From assembly GCA_000388065.2 (NCBI GenBank), contig KB932216.1: DNA of 18,048 nucleotides. One strand, 5' to 3'. The stretch is from Fonticula alba ATCC 38817. Taxonomy: Eukaryota; Protista; Nucleariida. Positions within the stretch are counted from its first letter, which is position 1. The number at the start of each line of letters is the position of its first letter. Both the position numbers and the translations under genes were made by a program. Shown one piece after another: positions 1-7,989 of the stretch. Below the pieces are notes generated by a model. The model had not been told where the DNA came from. It was given only the letters and a program-made list of their open reading frames with translations, and made no database searches.

Positions 1-1534
1 CCAGCGCCAGGAAGAAGTACTCCGGCGCATACCGGTACAGCATGCCGAACAGCACATCCGGCTGCTGGCCCATCTCCGCGGCCAGCTCCCGCACCGTGAA
101 GCGCATCCGCCGGCCGGACGGGTGCACCTGCCTCGCCAGCCGCCGCAGCCGCCGGATGTCCTCATCCGCCAGGGCGTACTTCAGGAATGTCGGTCGCGGA
201 TCCCAAAAGCCCTCGGGCCATCCGAAGGAGGACATCGCACTCATCAACGTTTTGAGGGGCATGCCCAAATACTCACACATTTCCCGTATTGACACGATGG
301 GCCGCAGCCCAGCCAGACCCCGGGTCTCGACTTCCAGGTCCCGACTCAACGTCAGCGCCAGCATCGGCACATTCGTCCCCGGACCGGACCCATGCACCTG
401 CGGGTCGAAGTATACCGGCCGATTGGCCGCCGATGGCCCGGCCGGCGCATGGCTCCCCTCGCCCGCCGGCGACCCTTCACCCGGGGGGGCCTGGTGCACC
501 GGCGAAGTGGCCGGCAAGAAGCGCCGCGTGTACTCGGCCAGCGTCAGCCGGGCCACACCCTCCGGCCGGGTGAGTTGCCACACCGGCCGTTCCTCGGAAT
601 AGGGTAATACCACCCCCGGCTCGTAGTAGCTGATGTACCAGCGGAGCTGATCGGCCAGTATCCCCAACTGCCTGCCCATGTCCCGGAGACTGTGCCGGCG
701 TTCTTGCAACAGCTCTCGCATGCGGGCCACCTTCTCCGCCGGCATCGGCCCCCGCAGGTGGACCATGTACTCCGGGCAGAGCTCCGGGCCGTGCCGGATG
801 ATCAAGCCATAAGACACACCGAACGACTTGCGGATCATCTCCAGCGAGGGCACCGGCAACATCTGCAGCCCTGCCACCAATGCGTCTCGCAGGACTTCGA
901 TCTTCGCGGCTGGAACATCGGACGCCATCACATCTCCATGCTCCGGGAAGTGCTTGTCGATGGCCTTCGACAAGGATGTCATGTCGCTCGAAAGGAGCAA
1001 CGCCATTACCCTCCTCGACAGGGGNNNNNNNNNNNNNNNNNNNNNNNNNNNNNNNNNNNNNNNNNNNNNNNNNNNNNNNNNNNNNNNNNNNNNNNNNNNN
1101 NNNNNNNNNNNNNNNNNNNNNNNNNNNNNNNNNNNNNNNNNNNCAAGCCGCAGGAACAGCCGGAAGTGCGCCACATCGTCGAACCCCTGCGGCAGGGGCT
1201 CCTCCCCGGCCTCGATGGCCCGGCAGAGCCGCGCCCCGGCGCACTCGGCGTCGTAATTCGCACACCCGGCGGACGTGGCCACCTTGGTGGTCGTGCTCCC
1301 GGCGGCCGAGGAGAATGCCCGCATATGGAGCAGCGACATGCCCCCGGGAGCCATGACCTGCGACGTTGTCGCATACACGCCGCTGACGGTGGCCAGGGGG
1401 GACGCCTGGCCCCGGTTGGCCGGTGTATGGCCCCCGGCCAGAGACCAGCCCCGTCGGGCCGCCGTCGCCGCCGTCGCCAATGCCGGCGAGCCCCACGCAC
1501 GCAGGGCTCGCACGGCCGTCCTTGAAGCCAACAT
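1..1534 (-). CDS. Putative mitochondria-targeted tandem HTH-repeat protein, paralog A (3'-truncated by window edge; contains assembly gap 1025-1143)
   Basis: Hand-translated stop-free minus frame from ATG at 1534: MLASRTAVRALRAWGSPALATAATAARRGWSL...RLCRAIEAGEEPLPQGFDDVAHFRLFLRL[gap]PLSRRVMALLLSSDMTSLSKAIDKHFPE...MPAEKVARMRELLQERRHSLRDMGRQLGILADQLRWYISYYEPGVVLP...QVHPSGRRMRFTVRELAAEMGQQPDVLFGMLYRYAPEYFFLAL>. Colinear with the 14322-16283 protein (26/43 identical in block 2-130 vs 14676-14804). Third codon positions are mostly G/C, and a pyrimidine tract lies directly upstream of the ATG. Confidence 0.88.
   Translation of the reverse strand, partial: MLASRTAVRALRAWGSPALATAATAARRGWSLAGGHTPANRGQASPLATVSGVYATTSQVMAPGGMSLLHMRAFSSAAGSTTTKVATSAGCANYDAECAGARLCRAIEAGEEPLPQGFDDVAHFRLFLRLXXXXXXXXXXXXXXXXXXXXXXXXXXXXXXXXXXXXXXXXPLSRRVMALLLSSDMTSLSKAIDKHFPEHGDVMASDVPAAKIEVLRDALVAGLQMLPVPSLEMIRKSFGVSYGLIIRHGPELCPEYMVHLRGPMPAEKVARMRELLQERRHSLRDMGRQLGILADQLRWYISYYEPGVVLPYSEERPVWQLTRPEGVARLTLAEYTRRFLPATSPVHQAPPGEGSPAGEGSHAPAGPSAANRPVYFDPQVHGSGPGTNVPMLALTLSRDLEVETRGLAGLRPIVSIREMCEYLGMPLKTLMSAMSSFGWPEGFWDPRPTFLKYALADEDIRRLRRLARQVHPSGRRMRFTVRELAAEMGQQPDVLFGMLYRYAPEYFFLAL
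1025..1143. other. Assembly gap (119 N) inside paralog A coding sequence
   Basis: Run of n from 1025 to 1143. Confidence 1.
1313..1534 (-). other. Predicted mitochondrial presequence of paralog A (aa 1-74)
   Basis: Rich in R/A/S/T/L with no D/E in the first 94 aa. It ends in M-R-A-F|S-S, matching the established R-3 (R-x-F/Y/L|S) MPP/Icp55 processing motif. Confidence 0.7.
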
Positions 1535-1594
1535 ACGATGAGAGGGGCCGAGGGAGAGGACGAGAAGAAAAGAGAGACGCGCGCACAGACAGAC

Positions 1595-1614
1595 AGAGAG
1601 AGAGAGAGAGAGAG
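1595..1614. repeat. (AG)10 microsatellite, part of the coding-strand CT tract upstream of paralog A
   Basis: Read directly from the sequence. Confidence 0.95.
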
Positions 1615-1733
1615 GGAAGGAGAGATGCAGCATGTCCAGCTGGCCGGACGGTCGGATGTAAGCGCGCTCGCTCTTGACCGTGGCCGCCCCAGGAGGAGGG
1701 CCCCGGCGCAGGCCGCACCGCTCGTGGCGCCCC

Positions 1734-1738
<5 letters not shown>

Positions 1739-1764
<26 letters not shown>
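1739..1764. repeat. (CA)13 microsatellite
   Basis: Read directly from the sequence. Confidence 0.95.
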
Positions 1765-1955
1765 GGCCGGTGCGGGCGGACAAGCGAGAGCCAGGCCCCG
1801 TTTGCATTGTCGGGGGCCGGCGCTCGGACGCTTTTAGTCGCGTGACGCGCACGTGCCCCGGGGCCATAATGTGACCACTCATGGCTCGCCGCCCCTTCCC
1901 CACAACACATTGACCCGTCCCTCCGCCCGAGGACGAGGACACATGCTGCTCTGTA

Positions 1956-1977
1956 TGTGTGTGTGTGTGTGTGTGTG
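1956..1977. repeat. (TG)11 microsatellite followed by a G run
   Basis: Read directly from the sequence. Confidence 0.95.
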
Positions 1978-2514
1978 GGGGGGGGTTCTCAGCAACAGCA
2001 CGGCCGGCGCGGCGGCGCTGCTCCACAGCGCGGGCTTTCCCCCCGGCCCCTGGACTGGCCGCTGCCCCCGTCCTGCCCGGCACGCACGCGGGCAGCATGT
2101 CCCCGGATCTTGCTCATGCGCGTGCCCGACATGAGCCAAAGGCCCACCGGCGGGCGGTGGCCGCGGTGGTGTTCGTTCCATCCTCTGGGCCCCGGCCGCT
2201 GGCACATGGCCCCGCCTGTGCGCCCAGCCGGGGTTCTGGGCCCGGCGTGGCGGGCGTCGCACACGCACGCTGTCGGCATGACGCGGCCGTGGGCGATCAA
2301 ACGCAAGCCCGAGGCGACAAGTCCTCACGCGCGTGCCTCCTCGCGCCCGGCCGGCGTAGGGAGCTTTGGTGGGGAGCCCGGCATGGCAGGACAAGTCGGC
2401 TGGATCCGCCTAAGTCCGCCAGGCTCATACTGCCCCCGGGAGGTGTGTCATTGTCACACGCCGGCATGTGAGCACGCATATGCATGCACAAAGGCGGGCA
2501 TAGCGAGAGAAAGA

Positions 2515-2547
<33 letters not shown>

Positions 2548-2585
2548 ACCAAGAACAAGACCGAGACCGAGATCGAGATCGAAAT

Positions 2586-2624
<39 letters not shown>

Positions 2625-2699
2625 AACCAAGACCAAGACCAAGACCAAGACCGAGACCGAGATCGAGATCGAGATCGAGATCGAGATCGAAATCGAAAT

Positions 2700-2766
<67 letters not shown>

Positions 2767-2808
2767 AAGGCCGAGATCGAGACCGAGACCAAGGCCGAGA
2801 TCGAGATC
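2515..2808. repeat. Degenerate hexamer tandem array, 49 units, consensus GAGACC
   Basis: Units GAGCCC x5, then GAGACC/GAGATC/GAAATC/GAAACC/AAGACC/AAGAAC/AAGGCC. The 6-bp phase is never broken over 294 bp. Confidence 0.95.
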
Positions 2809-3995
2809 GAGAGACAGGGCGTCTCGCCCGCGGGTACCGACCTCTCCGCGCGAGCAAAGGGCGCAGCGGCCGATGCGCCCTTGCGATCCGCGAAGTAGGT
2901 CCCCCCCCCCCCCCCGGCCCTCCGCCCCCTCCCCCTCCCCGGCGGAGATGGCCACAACCGAAAGGAGCACAGCCAGAGCAAGAGCGGGCGAGGGACAGAT
3001 CGGCCACCGGGGAGGCGATCGACGCTGGGGCCCGGCGCCGTGACGCGCGCGCGAGAAGGACCCAGGGCGCCCCGGAGCGCCGACCATAGCCGGCCAGCCC
3101 CGCCGCATGGCCATATGCACGCGCACGCGCACACGCGCGACAGGGGTGCGCCCAGTCACCACGGCCGGCGCGCATGGCATGCTGACCAGGAGGGGGCCTG
3201 GACTGGCCCGGCCGTCGGCTACGGGGCCGTGCGCATCGCCGCCGCCGCCGCCGCGGCCACGGCCAATGGCCAACGGCACACACATCCCGGCCGGGCGGCG
3301 CCTCGATCGGCCCCGGCCCCCAGGGGGCAACCTTCGACGGGCGGCCACGCAGCAAGCGAGCGAAAGAAAAGAAAAAGAAACACGGCTCCCCGGGGGGCGG
3401 GCCACTGTCCTGCCCACGCGCGTGGCATGGCAGAGCCAGCCATGGGCAAGAGACAGGGGCGCGGGCCCTGGCCGAGCAGGGGTGTGCGTCGCTCGCCGGA
3501 CGCGGCGGGGCACCCCCCGACCCGAGCACCGGGTCGCGAGGCGGGGCGAGAGCTGGGGGACTGACGCGCCCCGGTGCATGTGTGCCAGGCCGGTCAGCCG
3601 GCCGCCGCGGGTGGCAGACCCACCAGGAGGCCGCAGTCATGCGCGCACGCACATACACACACACAAACACAGGCCGAGGAGGCGCCCGGCCGACGGGTCC
3701 CTTCGGTGCGGCGGAGTCGCGGGCTCCCCCAGGGACACGTGTGCCAGCGCGCCGGCGCTTTGCCACCGTGGCTCGCCGCCACCCGTGCTCGCCCGCGCGC
3801 CGGCGGCGCAAGTGCCCTCCGCGAACCGCCCTCTGGCCAAGCCGTGCCCCGGCCACCGGCCCCCGCCCCCCTGCCCCCTCCCCTCCCCTGCCGCAACGCC
3901 AAGCAGCCAGCACAAAGGGCACACACCTGCCGGCAGCCCCGGGGCCCGGCATCGGGTCCCGACCGAGACGGGCGCGCGGGCCGAAGCAGGAGATC

Positions 3996-4001
3996 TTTAT
4001 T
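3996..4001 (-). terminator. Candidate polyadenylation signal (AATAAA) for the asparaginase gene
   Basis: TTTATT on the plus strand, ~330 nt downstream of the stop at 4329, in otherwise very GC-rich DNA. Position is the only support. Confidence 0.35.
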
Positions 4002-4328
4002 GACCGGTGCAAGTGAATGCTTTCCCGGCGAGACATCTCGCACGGGCTCCACACCCTCACGCCCCTTGCACGAGCGGCTCGGTGCGCGGCGGCGGCGAGG
4101 GACGGCGAGGGGCGGCAAGGGAATCCCCATGCAGGGGAAAGAACGAGACAGAGCGAGCAGGGCAGGGAGGCGCCGAGGGGCCCGAATGGCGTTCTCAAAG
4201 GGCGATGCACGTTGCCCGAGCGCCTCGCCCTGGGGCAGACACTCCTGCCAAGGGGACCGCCCGGCGTGTGACTCGCCCTATCGAGCAGGACACGCCCCCC
4301 CCCCCCGCGCTCCCCCCTTCGACCGCCC

Positions 4329-5958
4329 TCATTCGAGGGGGCTGGGCACAAGCAGCGGCGTGGCCACCTCGGCCGGGGCCTGCTCCGCGGACTCTCGGGG
4401 ATCGGGCTGCCGGCCATGGATCTTGTGCTTCTTCGAGTGGCTGATCTCCCCGCGGAGGTTTGTGGTCATCAGGAAGCTGATCTCTTCGTGGATGAGATCC
4501 CCCTGGCCGAGGAGCAGCGCAAGCTTGACGTACGCCGCCTCGGAGGTCATGTCGCCGGTGTGAATGCACCCGCTGGCATTGAAGTCCGAGCCGGCGGCGT
4601 AGCTGCCGATGTCCACCCGACCACCCAGGCACTGCGACGTGATGGCGATGACCGTCTTCTTGGCCTTGGCCTCCATGAGGAGCTGCTTCAGCAGCGGGTT
4701 CCCTTCCGGCACATTGCCACTGCCAAAGGCCTCGATGATGATGGCCCGGGTGGGCACAATGCGCCGGGCATTGCCATCGACCTGGGCCTCCAGCATGGCC
4801 TTCCGGCTGAGCGGTGTCCGGTCCAGCGACTTGCGCATCTTGGACTTCCGGCCCGGGGGATGGCCCTCGGGGGCCTGCCCCGGGCGGGTGCCGGCGTCCT
4901 GCCCCCGCGGCTGGCAGGGCGGCAGGGCCGGCGGAGGGGGCAACTGCACCACCGACGGCTCGCCATCGCCGTCCATGATGAACCGCATGAGGGCCAGCAT
5001 GGCGCGCAGGTCCTGCGACGGCTCCAGGCGCAGGACATAGATGTTGTTGCTGAACTTCCAATCGAAGCGGTAGTGGTCATAGTGCTCGATCTTCTCGTTG
5101 CCCGGGAAAATGTCCGGGTCGACGGCCAGGCGGATCAGAGGCTGGCCATTCGGCGACGTGAAGGCATTCATCTGCGTCGAGCTGAACTTCGTGCTGCGGT
5201 TCCCCCGGTGGAGGGCGTCATGGAAGAAGATGCTCACCTCCCTGTGGGTCTTCGAATGGCCGGCCAGGTAGATGGCCGCCAGCACATTGCTGCGGCCATC
5301 GCTCATCGGCTGGCTGAGGGGCACCTGCGCCCCGGTGATGATCACCGGGCAGTGGAGGCTGTGCAGCAGGAAGGACAGGGCCGCCCCCGTGTAGGCCATC
5401 GTGTCTGGGTGACCGGGCCCGGCCCCCGCCCCCCACCCCCGGCGATGGTCGCCGAGTCAGTCTCCGGTCAGCGGTTCTGCCAGCGGCCCGGCCCAAGCGC
5501 AACCTACCTGTTCCATGGGTCACCACGAAGCCCTGGTACTTGTCCTTCTTCGAGTGAATGTACTCCGCAAGGGAGAGCCAATCTGCCATATGGGGGGGGG
5601 GAGCGACGCGTCAGCGCAAGGTGCCACCCCTGGGGGGGGGCGATTGCCAAAGGCTTCAGTGACACGCACGCAGGGGCTTCATGCTGGAGGAGTCAATCTG
5701 CTCGGTGGCCTGCACCCAATGGACAACCGGCATGTTAGGGTGGTCCAGCTCGAACAGCCTGTCCAGCACATCCAGCACGGAGTCGGCCGAGTTGCACAGG
5801 GCCCCGGTGGCATCCTTCTGCATGAAGATCGTGCCGCCGGTGTTGATCACCAGCACGGTGCGCGTGTTATTCCGGGTCTTGGGGTCATGGTAGTGGCGCT
5901 GGTGCAGCTCGCTGTTGAGCGGCAGGAACCGCGCGCATGTATCACTCTCTGGAGACAT
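4329..5958 (-). CDS. ansA: L-asparaginase type I (AnsA-like / asparaginase-lysophospholipase domain); join(complement 5958..5670, 5582..5508, 5404..4329), 479 aa
   Basis: The spliced product carries the family motifs in order: VINTGGTIFM, IDSSSMKPL|HWLSLA, VVTHGT|DTMAYT, PVIITGAQVP, SDGRSN, HRGNRSTK, AFTSPN, IEAFGSGNVP, ITSQCLGGRV, YAAG, GDMTSEAAYVKL, MTTNLRGEIS. Splicing of two phase-1 GT-AG introns restores the HGTDT motif, and 289+75+1076=1440 nt is in frame. The start at 5958 (MSPESDTCARF) is preferred over 6075 because the intervening DNA is a poly-C tract. Confidence 0.95.
5405..5507 (-). other. Spliceosomal intron 2 of asparaginase (103 nt)
   Basis: Donor ACAG|GTAGGT, acceptor CACCCAG|AC, and GCTGAC/ACTGAC branch-like motifs. 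Its removal joins HGT to D-T-M. Confidence 0.92.
5583..5669 (-). other. Spliceosomal intron 1 of asparaginase (87 nt)
   Basis: Donor CCCTGC|GTGCGT, GCTGAC branch-like motif, poly-C tract, acceptor GGCAG|AT. Its removal gives DSSSMKPLHWLSLA, matching the DSSxMxPxxW pattern of asparaginases. Confidence 0.88.
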
Positions 5959-6100
5959 AGGGGCAGCTGGGGAGCGGGGGAGCGGGGGGGGGGGGGGGGG
6001 GGGACAGAGGGCTGAGTGTCGTGCAAAAGGGGCCAAAGAAAGGAGTGGCCATATTGGACCATGGGGAAGGGCCACGCCAGCTGCCGACCAGGCCCGGTCC

Positions 6101-6110
6101 CCTTATATCC
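6101..6110 (-). promoter_or_regulatory. TATA-like element (GGATATAAGG) upstream of asparaginase
   Basis: Isolated TATAA in a ~75% GC background, ~145 nt upstream of the ATG at 5958 and just upstream of the pyrimidine-rich leader. Confidence 0.35.
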
Positions 6111-6781
6111 CGGCCGCCAGAGGCGCCGGCCAGTCGGCCGCGACACACCAGCGCGCACTCCCCCCCCCTCCCCGGCGAGACACATGCTGGAGCGCCTGGG
6201 GCTTGGGGGTGTCCTGGTGCCGGGGTCCTGTGCGCCCCGGGCGCTCCTGTGCAGCGCCCCCCGCCCCTGCTGTCCGGCTGGGCAGCATTCGGGCGTCAGG
6301 CGCCCCTTGCGCCCCGCCCCGCGCCCGCCCTCGCTGGTGGCATGCCCAGGAGCTGCACCATCCATGCCAAGCCCGAGCGCCCCCAGCGGGCAGCCGCCAA
6401 CGCCGGAACGGACCACAGCCCTGTGGCCGCATCCCGAGCCATGCACACCCGGCAGACGGCCACGCTCCCCGCGCGCAGGCCAGCGCCCCCGCCCGGCCTC
6501 GGCCCCGATCCGAGAAAAGCACCCCTCCCACGACCCGACCGGGCCATCTCGGACGAGGGACGCCCCGGGGTCCTATCGCCAGCCGGTCCCCCAGCAAAGG
6601 CTGGCCCTGCCGGAATGTGCGCCCTTCGCGGGCTGGCGTGTTCGCTCGCATGACCGCCCGCGTCGCAAAGCCCGGGTCCCGGCCCTAGCGCCACGCCGGC
6701 TGCCGTGACCGAGGCCTCCCCTGCCCGGCCCCGGCGAATTGTCCCCCCTCTGCCGACGCCCCCAGGCGAGGGGACGGCCGC

Positions 6782-6794
6782 AAAAAAAAAAAAA
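6782..6794. repeat. A13 homopolymer
   Basis: Read directly from the sequence; no target-site duplication seen. Confidence 0.9.
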
Positions 6795-7392
6795 CGCCCT
6801 CCGATCGCACACAGCCCCTGGGGTCTTGCTTTCCCGGCGCTCGTGGCATCTGGCAAGTGGCTCGCCCCTCCTCCCCGGCGCAATCGACCACGCGCTTGGG
6901 CGGGCCACCGGCGCCACGATGCGGCCCCGGGGCCGGGCCCGCTCACGCCTCGTCGCCATTGTGGCCCTCGCCACAGGCATGCCGCTCCCGAGGCAGACCG
7001 AGGCTTTTCCCCGCCCCGCCGCGGCTACCTGCCTCTGGCTCTCCCTCTTTCGCGCACACAGGCTCGGGGCCGGCCCCGAGAGCCCACGGCCCGCGGCCGG
7101 CCCGGCTGCCTCGGCAGGGCGTGACGGCCGGTGCTTCGGGAGCCTCGACCCGAGGGGGATCCCGGCGAATCGGGCCTCTCGCAGCGGCGCGGTCGGGCGG
7201 GCGCGTGCCTGCTCGCCGAGCCCCGGCGCCCGATCAAGCATCCATCTCGCCGCACCGCCCCAGGCACCATCGGTCGAGCAGGGGCATTGGCCCTCCGCTG
7301 GGGCGGCGGCGTGCGTGTGCGACCGCCTCGGGAGGCCCACCTCGCACCCCCCAGTAGCACGCCACACTTGAGCACCGGGCACACGCCTACGG

Positions 7393-7474
7393 CTCTCTCA
7401 CTCTCTCTCTCTCTCTCGCTCTCTCTCCCGGTCTCTCACTTTTGCGCTCTCGCTCCCGCTCTCTCTCTCTCTTT
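7393..7474. repeat. Imperfect (CT)n polypyrimidine tract
   Basis: Read directly from the sequence. Confidence 0.9.
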
Positions 7475-7964
7475 ATCCTGCACCCCGCCGTGCGCCTCCT
7501 CCGGTCCACATACACGCACATGCGTTTCGAGAGCCCGAGCCCCTGCCCACCCGGGCCACGCGGGTGCCCCTGTGTGGCGAAATGAAACACCCCGGGCCGG
7601 GGGAACCATGCCCGCCGCAGCGACCGCACGGGCATCGACATAACCATAGCCGGCAGCAGGGGGCATTCCATGCCGGTGTTGGGGCTGCGGCTGGGTTGCC
7701 GAGACGCGCCCGGGAAATGCCCACGCCCGCACGCCAGATTGCTCCCGAAAACATGGAACGCCGGCTCGAAACCCGAGCGTCGCCGGCGCGGCCGCCTGCA
7801 TGCCAGCCACCGGCCGCCGGATGCTGCCCACACCGGGGGCATGACCCGGCCGGGCACCGGCCCCGCCCCCCGCCCGGCCCCAAACACACCATCAGCCCGT
7901 GGAGCCGGCCCGACACGCAGCAGCACTGGCCCGGCAAACAACAAGGGTCGAAGCGAAACGGACC

Positions 7965-7989
7965 CACACACACACACACACACACACAC
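7965..7989. repeat. (CA)12 microsatellite
   Basis: Read directly from the sequence. Confidence 0.95.

Noticed and set aside
1495-1500. GTGCGT donor inside the paralog A presequence
   Set aside because: I found no in-phase acceptor nearby, and the unspliced frame is open and yields a good presequence with a processing motif.
2297-4417. 706-aa ORF with an SR-like repeat as an SR splicing factor
   Set aside because: No RRM is present, the rest is low-complexity, and the RS tract is a translation of the hexamer array. Kept only as a low-interest finding.
4329-6075. Frameshifted asparaginase pseudogene (motifs split over three ORFs)
   Set aside because: Both frame breaks are explained by canonical GT-AG introns with branch-like motifs, and splicing restores the catalytic motifs.
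5959-6075. Upstream ATG at 6075 as asparaginase start
   Set aside because: The extension is poly-C-derived (PPPPPPP) and resembles the untranslated pyrimidine leaders of the other genes. It is not fully excluded.
6782-6794. Poly(A) tail of a retroposed element
   Set aside because: No target-site duplication, upstream AATAAA or element-like body is seen.
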